Assembly (NCBI GenBank): GCA_947085855.1
Contig: CAMTYB010000001.1
Location: 149,788 to 213,787 of the forward strand
Origin: an uncultured Candidatus Saccharibacteria bacterium
Lineage (GTDB): Bacteria > Patescibacteriota > Saccharimonadia > Saccharimonadales > 2-12-FULL-41-12
Direction: 5' to 3'
Length of the DNA: 64,000 bases
This document shows positions 48,386 to 57,260 of this stretch, piece by piece. The position numbers were made by a program, and so were the translations under genes. The stretch's first letter is position 1; each line of letters begins with the position of its first letter. Below the pieces are notes generated by a model. That model had not been told where the DNA came from. It saw only the letters and a list, made by a program, of their open reading frames with translations, and searched no databases.

Positions 48386-48658
48386 CGGACACACACTAAG
48401 CAATTAAGCACAAAGGGCTTGCGCACAGGGACTAACCGGGCGTATAGTAGTTAGTATTGGCAACCATACTTCGGTCCCTGTGCGCCGTAATGACATACAA
48501 GCATTAGCTTCCTGTCACGAGAGTTCAAAACTGAACGGTTTGATCTTTTTACCAGGCAGCTCCTTGAGACAACAGCGTCTCGCAAAATCCGTTCACTAAC
48601 CACTTTATTAAGTTGTTGGTGCGTTTTTTGCACCCTCATCATCCACAAGGAGCTTGTT

Positions 48659-48901
48659 ATGTCACTTATCAACGAAACTATCACTGTTAATGCGTTCTAC
48701 TTTGCCCACAGTCTCGGCCAGCTTAAAACTTTTCCACGTCAGGTAGAACTGCAAAACAAACAAATCAACTTTACCGACGGTCTTCAATATCTCGTCCACA
48801 AGGGCAGCCATGTCGTACGACTGTTCGATATGCAAGACGGCGAGCAAACCTACCGCCTACGCTACGAAGACAACACCTGGACCCTAGTTGGAACCCGGTA
48901 A
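48659..48901 (+). CDS. Hypothetical 80-aa protein, first gene of the umuDC-like operon
   Basis: Strong SD AAGGAG 7 nt upstream of the ATG. The next gene starts 5 nt after its stop. No family recognised. Confidence 0.6.
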   Translation: MSLINETITVNAFYFAHSLGQLKTFPRQVELQNKQINFTDGLQYLVHKGSHVVRLFDMQDGEQTYRLRYEDNTWTLVGTR

Positions 48902-48906
48902 CAGAT

Positions 48907-49266
48907 ATGGCCCTCGACGAACAACAACTTGGTGATCTAGGTGTTTCGATTCACGCTGGCTTTCCAAATGCCGCCGTTGGCTCACATACTCAGTCCCTCA
49001 GCCTCGATCGCCTTCTTATTCGCCATCCGGCTACCACGTTCCTGATGCGCCTCGATAACGACATGTGGTCAGACTATGGCATGAATTCAGATGACATTCT
49101 GATTGTTGACCGCTCGGCTCGGCCGCAGCCAGCCGACATTGTCATTTGGGTTGATGCCGAAGCCTTTACCGTATCGTATTTCCGTGACGTACCACTCGAT
49201 ACACCAATCTGGGGCACTCTCACTGCCAGCGTTCGCCAGTACAAATACCGGAACCTGCCCTCATGA
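48907..49266 (+). CDS. UmuD-like (S24-fold) protein lacking the Ser-Lys catalytic dyad
   Basis: HAGFPNAA...LLIRHPATTFLMRL.NDMW...DDILIVD...DIVIW...AFTVSYF is collinear with E. coli UmuD. The GDSM serine position is Met53 and the catalytic Lys position is Ser90. Confidence 0.75.
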   Translation: MALDEQQLGDLGVSIHAGFPNAAVGSHTQSLSLDRLLIRHPATTFLMRLDNDMWSDYGMNSDDILIVDRSARPQPADIVIWVDAEAFTVSYFRDVPLDTPIWGTLTASVRQYKYRNLPS

Positions 49267-50555
49267 ATCAACCGTTATTTGCTTTGATCGACTGTAATAA
49301 TTTCTTTGCCTCGTGCGAACAAGTGTTTCGCCCAGACCTGCAGGGCAAACCGTTGGTTGTACTCAGCAGCAACGATGGCTGCGTAGTAGCCCGCAGCACC
49401 GAAGCCCGCGCCCTCGGCATTCCCATGGGTGCACCGGCATTTAAATATAAGCCCCTTTTCAAGGAATATGGCGTCATCGAGTTTTCAGCCAATTTTCACC
49501 TATACGGCGACATCTCACGACGTATTACCGAGTTACTTACCAGTATCACACCACGCCTGGAAGTGTACTCAATAGATGAATCCTTTTTAGATATTAGCCA
49601 GCTCGTCATCGAGGACCCGACCGCCTGGGGAAAAATGTTGCGCGACAAGATTAATCAGTGGGTCGGCATACCAATTAGCATTGGCATTGGCCCTAGTAAA
49701 ACCTTGGTCAAGCTAGCCAGCGAACACGCCAAACGTACGCCAGCTTTGGGTGGGGTTGTGGAGTTGAGCTCAAAGGAGAAGGTTCAAGAATTTCTAGCGT
49801 TAACGCCGGTGGAAGACATCTGGGGAATCGGCCGTAAGTTTGCGCCCCGTTTGCGAGCCCGCGGCATAGCCACCGCTGCAGCTTTGGCTCAGCTCGAACC
49901 ATGGCAGGGCAGGCAGCTACTTGGCTCTGTGCACGGAGAACGCCTCATCCGTGAGCTCCGCGGCCAAAGCTGCTGGCCGCTCCAAAAACCTCACACCGAG
50001 CAAAAGATGATTAGCGTTACACGCACCTTTGGCCACGATGTTACTAAGCAACACGCCGTAGAGGCAGCGCTGGCTCACTTTGCTGCTCGAGCCAGCCAGC
50101 GCCTGCGAGCCAGCGGTCAGCACGCTACCAGATTGTCAATTTTTGCGACCACCGACCGCCATAAGCCAAATTATCGCTATTGGCACCGCGAGATTAAGCT
50201 CGGCCAGCCCACTGCCGACACCGGCTATCTGATCAATCGGGCCTGCGAGCTATTCCAATCAATCTATGAAACTGGGGTCACGTATCATCGAGGTGGTGTG
50301 CTATTAAGCGGTTTTAAACCTCAAGATCATCTGCAGACCGATTATTTCGGCCAACAAAGTGTTGAGACATTTGACCGCTCACGATCGCGTATGGCCGCCG
50401 TAGACACGCTACGGTCCCGATACGGAGACTCGGCAGTACAATATGCCACTGAGCAGTTAGCACGCAGCTGGCAGCCTCGTATCAATCAACGTAGTCCGCG
50501 CTATACCACGGCCTGGGAAGAATTGCCGACCGTCACCAAGCGACGCGCTGTTTAA
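49263..50555 (+). CDS. Y-family DNA polymerase (UmuC/DinB-like)
   Basis: LIDCNNFFASCE, YSIDESFLD and GIGPSKTLVKLAS. Overlaps the UmuD-like gene by 4 nt. Confidence 0.9.
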   Translation: MNQPLFALIDCNNFFASCEQVFRPDLQGKPLVVLSSNDGCVVARSTEARALGIPMGAPAFKYKPLFKEYGVIEFSANFHLYGDISRRITELLTSITPRLEVYSIDESFLDISQLVIEDPTAWGKMLRDKINQWVGIPISIGIGPSKTLVKLASEHAKRTPALGGVVELSSKEKVQEFLALTPVEDIWGIGRKFAPRLRARGIATAAALAQLEPWQGRQLLGSVHGERLIRELRGQSCWPLQKPHTEQKMISVTRTFGHDVTKQHAVEAALAHFAARASQRLRASGQHATRLSIFATTDRHKPNYRYWHREIKLGQPTADTGYLINRACELFQSIYETGVTYHRGGVLLSGFKPQDHLQTDYFGQQSVETFDRSRSRMAAVDTLRSRYGDSAVQYATEQLARSWQPRINQRSPRYTTAWEELPTVTKRRAV

Positions 50556-51478
50556 GGCTCGACTGTTACCGTACCAGAGGTGGTCTTGCTCGACGTAAAT
50601 AAGTCACCGCCAGCGTATTCGGCCGATACGGTATAGGTACCCGGCTCTTTGACAATGCCAAAGTTAAATTTGGTCACACAATAGGCAGGCATACCGCCTT
50701 TTTTCTTTTCCAAGGAAGAGCTGACAAATTTGAGCGGTACCTCAGTTGTTTCGACTATTTTGCCGTTGTTATCGAGCAGTGTAACTATAAGTTGACCAGT
50801 ACAATGGGCTCGGTCTACGCTACGACCAGGGATCGACAGTTCACCCGTGCCGCTGATTTTGTTCTTCTTGACAGTCGGCAAGAGGCGCATGCTTGGCTCA
50901 ACTGGCTCAATGACATCATTTTCGGCATCACTCGGACATTCACCGTTCTCGGCAAATACCTTACGGACTTTGGTAGAGTCGGCGTGAATATACGTACAAT
51001 GGCCGCCATCAATATCTCCAGTCAGGGTAGTGGAGTATTCACACTCCTGGCCATGACAGTCGCCGAGCAAGGTAATTTTATACTGAGCGTCACCAGCGAT
51101 GGCGGCACAGAGGAATTGCTTTTCTTTTTTAGCCAAATTAACAGTAGTAGAACGCTGATCTTTGCTGAATTCTTTGCCAGCACATTTATAGCCCTCATTA
51201 TCGAAAGCTGAGCCAGTGACTTCAATCTTAGCCTTTTCATACTGACCCTTCTGGCTGTAGATCACGAGGTAGCCATTGGGCGCATTGGCGCCAGTGGCAG
51301 TCTGCTTTTCGGCATTACCAAGGCCAGTGCCAGCCAAGAAAGTAAGCAAAAACAAGGCCACACCACCACCAACATAACGCAAAACATGCCGCTGAATATG
51401 GTGGTTCACCTTGTGGTGCAATTTGCGCGGTTTGGTTTTAGCACGAGTTGTCGTTCGTGTTCGTGAGGATTTTGGCAT
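50552..51478 (-). CDS. Hypothetical membrane-anchored, Cys-rich extracytoplasmic protein
   Basis: Basic N-terminus, one TM segment, then a 250-aa beta-rich region with several Cys residues. No family recognised. Confidence 0.6.
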   Translation of the reverse strand: MPKSSRTRTTTRAKTKPRKLHHKVNHHIQRHVLRYVGGGVALFLLTFLAGTGLGNAEKQTATGANAPNGYLVIYSQKGQYEKAKIEVTGSAFDNEGYKCAGKEFSKDQRSTTVNLAKKEKQFLCAAIAGDAQYKITLLGDCHGQECEYSTTLTGDIDGGHCTYIHADSTKVRKVFAENGECPSDAENDVIEPVEPSMRLLPTVKKNKISGTGELSIPGRSVDRAHCTGQLIVTLLDNNGKIVETTEVPLKFVSSSLEKKKGGMPAYCVTKFNFGIVKEPGTYTVSAEYAGGDLFTSSKTTSGTVTVEP

Positions 51479-51551
51479 AGCCTACATTAATTGATGTTAT
51501 TTTTGTTTTAGGAAAGGATACCTACATTATCCAATGAGCATAACCAGTTTG

Positions 51552-52211
51552 TCAATGTCTACCGTCCCATTCATCGTAGAACTCTTCAAGGAACGTTTCC
51601 ATGTATTTATGGCGACGCTGGGCTAACTTTTTTGCTTCATCTGTATAGAGTCGATCTTTCAGGAGTAATAGTTTCTCATAAAAGTGATTGACAGTGTTTC
51701 CGCCACGACTATTTTTGTAAGCTTCGAAATCGACGTGTAGCTCGGGCTTCACATTTGGGTCGTACATGGGTCGTTGCTTGGAGCCACCGTAGGCAAACGC
51801 CCGGCCAATACCAACTGCACCAAGAGCATCCAGCTTATCGGCATCGGATACAATCTTGCCTTCTAAAGTAGTCATGGCGGGTGGAACACCGGCCCCTTTG
51901 AAGGAAACCGTTCGGATAATCTCTTCAACGTGCGCTATATCAGTCTCATCGGCAGATTGACTTTTCAGCCACTGGCGGGCAGCTCGTGGCCCGGCCTCTT
52001 CATCGCCCTTATGAAATTTCCAGTCAGCAATATCATGAAGCAGAGCGGCTAGCTCAGTCAGCGCTGTGTTAGCTTTGGGTTCGGTAGCTGCAATCTGCTG
52101 GGCAAGTCTCCAGACTCGATACATATGCCAATAGTCATGGCCAGTTGCATCATCTGCAAATTTTTCTTCGATGAAGGCGCGCGTACGCTCTATAAGCTCT
52201 CGAGATACCAT
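51552..52211 (-). CDS. HD-domain phosphohydrolase (YpgQ-like)
   Basis: GHDYWHMYRVWRLAQQIA, ALLHDIADWK and SDADKLDALGAVGIGRAFAYGG. Confidence 0.85.
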   Translation of the reverse strand: MVSRELIERTRAFIEEKFADDATGHDYWHMYRVWRLAQQIAATEPKANTALTELAALLHDIADWKFHKGDEEAGPRAARQWLKSQSADETDIAHVEEIIRTVSFKGAGVPPAMTTLEGKIVSDADKLDALGAVGIGRAFAYGGSKQRPMYDPNVKPELHVDFEAYKNSRGGNTVNHFYEKLLLLKDRLYTDEAKKLAQRRHKYMETFLEEFYDEWDGRH

Positions 52212-52228
52212 GCCATTATAATAGCAGG

Positions 52229-52777
52229 CTATCTTGTAGACTGGAGTTCATGTACCGTACAGTTGAATGCTGTCGGAACAGTTGGCAGCTGCAGTAACAA
52301 TTGAGCAAAATGCCGTGTCGGTGGATTTTCTTTCCAGAGTGAGATGCGAGCAGCGTCCCGTGGGGTAGTCACTGTCATTATGCTACCTTCAGCTATAGGA
52401 TCTTGATTAAAAGCGAGGCTGCCGAGACGAGCCGCTATCGGGGGCGTTAATCGATGACGACGATAGATCGCGCCTTCAACCACGCTAAGACCAACCATAC
52501 CACTTGAACTTTCCATGGTAACTTCACGACGATTATAAGAAAACAGAACGTGCTCACTTTTCGTGATCAGCGTAGACACAGTAGGCAAAACAAGTTGAGC
52601 GTCGTACTGACTAACGGCATCTTCGAGGTTAGGATGTGCAAAATAAGCCTCGGTTAAATCGCGAAGATGATCTGGTGCAACGTAACGAAAAGCATCTGGA
52701 TTTGCTAAGTCACCACGGATATTTTCTTTGGCTAACTCAATAGAAAGCGTGGATTGAGCTGGGTATATCATAGGCAT
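52229..52777 (-). CDS. Hypothetical protein
   Basis: 182-aa ORF immediately upstream of the HD gene on the same strand. No motif recognised. Confidence 0.55.
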   Translation of the reverse strand: MPMIYPAQSTLSIELAKENIRGDLANPDAFRYVAPDHLRDLTEAYFAHPNLEDAVSQYDAQLVLPTVSTLITKSEHVLFSYNRREVTMESSSGMVGLSVVEGAIYRRHRLTPPIAARLGSLAFNQDPIAEGSIMTVTTPRDAARISLWKENPPTRHFAQLLLQLPTVPTAFNCTVHELQSTR

Positions 52778-52874
52778 AGAGGTCCTTGTTCTGGAATTTA
52801 GGAATTAGAGAAGTATACGTTCTATACATATACCCGATACATGTAACGTAGTCAATATGGTGTACTGGCTATGT

Positions 52875-55004
52875 TTACGGATTAAAGAGACGGCGGGCAG
52901 TGGTACTGAGTTCACCTTTGTCGGAGCCATCAGCTTTGGTTAGTCCAAAGAAGTACTCGCGTTCGTCAGAAGAACCCGGACTGCGATAGTCTGTACCCAT
53001 ATAGAGAATGATGCGCTTTATGCCCTGTAGTTGAAGATCGCTTGTGACCTTCGTAATAACCTGGCTGGCCTCAGCATAGCTCATAGACGTATTCCAGCCG
53101 TAGTTATTGGCAGCGCCACCTTGGCGCACGGTACGACCATTATCGGTCGATAGACCAACTTCGGTCACCCAAATTTCTACTTGGTTAGTCCAGCCAACGT
53201 CTGCGAGGTCGCGACGAGCATCTTGCAAACGATTAATATAATTTGGTCCATAGGGGTGGATTTGAATTGCTTTTGGCTTGACGCCAACTGCTTTCATGGC
53301 TTGCATAACTCGTAAGCCCGGCCGGTGGCTACGATTGGCTGAATCACCAACTGCAATCAAGGTCATATTTGGATTAACCACGTTAACAGCCTGTTGAGCT
53401 GCCTTAAATGAACGAGCGTACTGCGCATAATCCCAGGCTTCATTTTGCAACCATGGCTCGTTGCCAAATTCGATAGCTTCTACGCCAGGCACATTAGCCC
53501 AGGTACCTACGTTACGACTGACAGCCTCGCTTGGAGCAGCGCCATTGAAGTCTACGAGAGCAATGATGCGAGTATTAGTCTTGGCGTACTCTTTGGCGAT
53601 GGTGTCAATCTGGGCGCGCGGCATGTCGGCGCTCAAGCCACCAACCCGCACCAAGCGTGGGCGCAAGCTCTGGGTCGCACGATAGTCAATGTCGCGCGCC
53701 CCGGTATGCAGACCAATCACATTACCAGTTAATTGTGGGCCTGGTCCAGGGCCGGGGATAGGTACCACGCCTGGGACAATATAGGAAAGGGCGGCACTCT
53801 CAGGGCCAACGCCAGCTGCATTTTTGCCGGCTACCTTCATGACGACGGTTGAGCTGGGCTCTATATTTGGAATTGAGAAGGTAACGACTCCATTGGCGTT
53901 TGAAGGATCAGGAATTGGCGGGCCAGACTTACCGTTTATTGTATAGCCGACTCCAGCCGTAACTGTCGTACTGCTTACTTGAGCTTGCAAGGTAATAGTC
54001 TTGTTTTCATAGCGCACGACTTGCAGGGCAGTCGGGGCAACTGGAACTCTTACAACAGGCTGTTGTGGTGGCATAGGGCTTTCAAAGACAATCTTGTCAA
54101 CGTAGAGATTACGGTCACAGGTCAGGCGACCATATTTGTAGCGCACATAATCATTCGTGAAGCTAACTGTGACTCGGTGCTCACCAGGTGCTAAATCTTT
54201 TAGATTAGCCGAGATTTGTCCCCAGTTCGAGAATCCCACTCCCTTATTGATAACGTCCTTGCCGTCAACCTGAACTCGTAACTTCGGCTTACCACCGCAC
54301 TGCGATCCCTTCACATGAGCAACAAGCTGAGTGGCTGGCCGCGGCAATACGACGCTACCATTAGCGGTGCTGTTGGTCCAAAATGTCAGCGCCCGATCGT
54401 TTTGAACTTGACCGTCCGAAAGGGCAATCAAGTTGCCGCGCGACATATCCTCAGCCTCCAAGGCAGTTGGAGTGGTCGGAGTCTTGTCGTTACCTACGAA
54501 CACGAGTTTGTCGAGAAACAGATTGCGATCACACGTTATGCGCTTATGATCATTTGGATCAGCTTTGGCAAAATCATTTGTAAAGGCCACAGTCACCACG
54601 TAGGTACCACGCTGCAAATTAACCGGAATGGAGTAGGCCTGCCAGGACTCTTGTGAAATTACAGCATCAAAGACTGTCTGACCATCAATCTGAACCAGCA
54701 TTTTTGGCGAACCTTCGCAGCTCTGAGCGCGGGCATCAACCACCAATTTGGTAGTTGTAGTCGGCACCGTAACATTTGTCGATCCACTTGTGCCCCAGTA
54801 CAAAGCAGCGATTTTGCCCTTGGAGCTGTCCTGCTGAACGGCTTTACGACTAAACATAATATCTTCGGCCTGGGCAGTAGTATAGGTGGCGGCAAACGAT
54901 CGAATTACAAAGATAGCGCCAATGATACAAAATGCAAGGATAACAAGTAGTAAATGGTTACGTTTTGGTTTTTTAGAAGAGGTAAGTATATTTGCGTACT
55001 GCAT
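52875..55004 (-). CDS. Secreted or anchored glycoside hydrolase (clan GH-A TIM-barrel-like) with two tandem carbohydrate-binding-like modules and an Ig/FN3-like domain
   Basis: Signal anchor. Duplicated modules end in ITCDRNLFLDKLVF and LTCDRNLYVDKIVF. PGPGPGP linker. Catalytic-type motifs EFGNEPW and IWVTEVGL. Confidence 0.75.
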   Translation of the reverse strand: MQYANILTSSKKPKRNHLLLVILAFCIIGAIFVIRSFAATYTTAQAEDIMFSRKAVQQDSSKGKIAALYWGTSGSTNVTVPTTTTKLVVDARAQSCEGSPKMLVQIDGQTVFDAVISQESWQAYSIPVNLQRGTYVVTVAFTNDFAKADPNDHKRITCDRNLFLDKLVFVGNDKTPTTPTALEAEDMSRGNLIALSDGQVQNDRALTFWTNSTANGSVVLPRPATQLVAHVKGSQCGGKPKLRVQVDGKDVINKGVGFSNWGQISANLKDLAPGEHRVTVSFTNDYVRYKYGRLTCDRNLYVDKIVFESPMPPQQPVVRVPVAPTALQVVRYENKTITLQAQVSSTTVTAGVGYTINGKSGPPIPDPSNANGVVTFSIPNIEPSSTVVMKVAGKNAAGVGPESAALSYIVPGVVPIPGPGPGPQLTGNVIGLHTGARDIDYRATQSLRPRLVRVGGLSADMPRAQIDTIAKEYAKTNTRIIALVDFNGAAPSEAVSRNVGTWANVPGVEAIEFGNEPWLQNEAWDYAQYARSFKAAQQAVNVVNPNMTLIAVGDSANRSHRPGLRVMQAMKAVGVKPKAIQIHPYGPNYINRLQDARRDLADVGWTNQVEIWVTEVGLSTDNGRTVRQGGAANNYGWNTSMSYAEASQVITKVTSDLQLQGIKRIILYMGTDYRSPGSSDEREYFFGLTKADGSDKGELSTTARRLFNP

Positions 55005-55221
55005 CGTACTGGTAGCCTATAGTTACTCTCAGCATAGCACGCACCCAAAAAAGCACAAGCTCTCGTGCTCTTGACCTCATATCCTGACCGTGGTTAGATA
55101 GACAGAAGCATAAGTAACATTGTGAAGTTAAGACATCAGGGGTCGCAAGGATAATTTCGCTGAGTGTGGTAGTTATGAAAAAAGCAAATATAAGTAAAAA
55201 TCAGTTGGAGATTATGTAGCC

Positions 55222-55659
55222 ATGCCGCGACTACCAATTCCAGGCAGCGACACTGGCGATTGGGGAGACATCCTCAATGATTTTTTGAGCCAGTCACTCA
55301 CATCTAGTGGCGAGTTACAAGATAATACAGTCGGTACAGACCAAGTTCAAAACTCATCAGTTACAAAAACCAAACTAGCTGGCGCAGTTCAAACCTCCTT
55401 AGATAAGGCTGACGCCGCCATACCGGCCACCGAAAAAGGTGCCGTTTCTGGCGTAGCTACACTTGACGGATCAAGTCGACTAAACAGCGGCCAATTACCA
55501 ACGACTGTCGGGACTAAGAGCGAAACAAAAGCTGTTGTCCAGCATGGCGCAACCGCGAGTACAGCCCGCCCGTCTGGCTATGGTTCGGTTGAGTGGATTG
55601 GTTCAGTTGAGCCACTTAACGCTATCGATGGTGACACCTGGATAGACACTAGTACATAG
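55222..55659 (+). CDS. Fibre-like protein, short paralogue 3 (N-terminal module only, 145 aa)
   Basis: MPRLPIPGSDTGDWGDILNDFL...LNSGQLPTTV is homologous to the N-termini of the 26265 and 29894 products. Confidence 0.7.
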   Translation: MPRLPIPGSDTGDWGDILNDFLSQSLTSSGELQDNTVGTDQVQNSSVTKTKLAGAVQTSLDKADAAIPATEKGAVSGVATLDGSSRLNSGQLPTTVGTKSETKAVVQHGATASTARPSGYGSVEWIGSVEPLNAIDGDTWIDTST

Positions 55660-55662
55660 ACT

Positions 55663-56421
55663 ATGGCTACACGACTTTACTTTGCAGATTCGGCTCCGGC
55701 AGTAACCCCCACACCACATTCTCAATGGTCGGGAAGCAGCCCATTTAACTATGGCAGCCTCGGCTTAGCTGCTGCGAATACTAGTTACGCCGAAAAAAGC
55801 AAGAATAGAGGGAGCGGCACTACCGTGCAAATCCCTGCAGTATCTTTAGTCAGCCCACCTTTAGCTATTGGCACTAACTTTACGACAACCGACACGTTTA
55901 AAATTGTCGCCCGCTCCCGCGAAAATACCACGGCTAACGATGGCAGTTCATGTGTCTCAATTCGAATCGTTGATAGCGCTGGCGCCCCCAAGGCCGTCCT
56001 ATACACCGAGAACATTATTGGCTCAGGTAACATAAGCGAGTGGACAACCGTTCTAAGAAATCAAAAGTTCCCCCGCAGTGCAGCAGACAACGGAGATACG
56101 GCTCTACAAGCTAACTACACGACAGTGGCCGATGATAGGCTAGAAATAACACTTGGAGCCCGCCTGGGTGGCGACTTTGCTATTTGCTATGTCGAAATCG
56201 GCGATTTAACTTCCAGCACCGACCTAGCGCACAACGCTACCAGTACAACTGCCGGACGTCCGTGGGCCGAGTTCAGCAATAACTTTGCATTTTACGTAGC
56301 GCCGGGCACTATCAAATCAAAAAGTAGCGGCAGTTTTGATGAACACAACATCAAGCTCCGCAGTGGCGGGGTTTGGCAAGCTCACACCGTAAAAAATCGC
56401 AGTGGCGGCACGTTCTCTTAA
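55663..56421 (+). CDS. Hypothetical beta-rich protein coupled to fibre paralogue 3
   Basis: Starts 3 nt after the upstream stop. MATRLYFADSAPAVTPTP... is Ser/Thr/Ala/Gly-rich. No family recognised with confidence. Confidence 0.65.
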   Translation: MATRLYFADSAPAVTPTPHSQWSGSSPFNYGSLGLAAANTSYAEKSKNRGSGTTVQIPAVSLVSPPLAIGTNFTTTDTFKIVARSRENTTANDGSSCVSIRIVDSAGAPKAVLYTENIIGSGNISEWTTVLRNQKFPRSAADNGDTALQANYTTVADDRLEITLGARLGGDFAICYVEIGDLTSSTDLAHNATSTTAGRPWAEFSNNFAFYVAPGTIKSKSSGSFDEHNIKLRSGGVWQAHTVKNRSGGTFS

Positions 56422-56493
56422 TCTTTTCTCGCAGAACTATCTTCTAAAACATGCTACGGTTAATTTAACAGGGATTTAATCGGAGGTAACAGT

Positions 56494-56880
56494 ATGATTC
56501 AAATAAAATCAGCCTTTAGCGGCTTTTCAGTCGACGACCAAAAGGCGGCCAAGCAATTTTACAGCGAAACGCTTGGCCTAAAAGTAAGTGAAGATGAAAA
56601 AATGGGCCTGGAAATCGACCTTCCTGGCGGCGTCGGAGTCTTCATATATGAGAAATCTGATCACCAGCCAGCTGGCTACACCATGCTCAATCTTATAGTT
56701 GATAATATCGATGAAACTGTCAAAGCCTTAAGCGAGCAGGGAATAGTCTTTGAGCGCTATGACACTATGCAGCAAGACGAACTAGGCATCGCCCGCGGTC
56801 GCTCACAGGGCATGGGGCCAGACATAGCTTGGTTTACCGACCCAGCCAAAAACATAATTGCTATCTTACAAATTGACTAA
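56494..56880 (+). CDS. VOC-family (glyoxalase/bleomycin-resistance fold) protein
   Basis: 128 aa: FSVDDQKAAKQFYSETLGLKV...FTDPAKNIIAILQ. Confidence 0.8.
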   Translation: MIQIKSAFSGFSVDDQKAAKQFYSETLGLKVSEDEKMGLEIDLPGGVGVFIYEKSDHQPAGYTMLNLIVDNIDETVKALSEQGIVFERYDTMQQDELGIARGRSQGMGPDIAWFTDPAKNIIAILQID

Positions 56881-57150
56881 CGGTTCGTAGTTTTTACCGG
56901 GACGAATCAGGTGATCATCTGGGTGCTGCTCAAGTACATCTTCTTCGATGAGTTCAACCAGTCCTAGCCCATATGCGCCATGATCATCGCCAGCTCGAAG
57001 AGCGTAAGTCTTTAAGTCAAAGGCACGCCAAGCATGTTCAGGATGTTCAGCTACGGCATCTAGCATATTCCTTCTAGCATCGCCAATTTCATCTTTTGGA
57101 TTGAAAATCTCTTGATCTGGTAGTATCTCGTATTCTGATGGATTACTCAT
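56866..57150 (-). CDS. Hypothetical acidic protein (94 aa)
   Basis: ORF only. Its 3' end overlaps the VOC gene convergently by 15 nt. Confidence 0.5.
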   Translation of the reverse strand: MSNPSEYEILPDQEIFNPKDEIGDARRNMLDAVAEHPEHAWRAFDLKTYALRAGDDHGAYGLGLVELIEEDVLEQHPDDHLIRPGKNYEPLVNL

Positions 57151-57260
57151 GGTTTAATTTTATACTCTTTATTACTTGAAGATCAAGGTGTGCACTTCTT
57201 GAATATTAAGAGAGCACAGTTAGTAAAACAATAAATTTACCTGGGTTATAATTCTAGGCG

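Noticed and set aside
48523-48536. Palindrome GTTCAAAACTGAAC as an SOS (LexA) box for the umuDC-like operon
   Set aside because: The half-site orientation and spacing do not match the Gram-positive GAAC-N4-GTTC consensus or other LexA motifs I know. It lies ~125 nt from the start codon. No lexA gene or second SOS gene is in the window for comparison. It is kept only as part of the leader description.
55071-55078. TGACCTCA, an 8-nt match to the tRNA-Glu 3'-end repeat, at the far edge of the putative tRNA-Glu island
   Set aside because: It is tempting as a third att copy marking the island boundary. However, an 8-mer match to any part of an 18-nt repeat in a 200-nt spacer is not clearly beyond chance.
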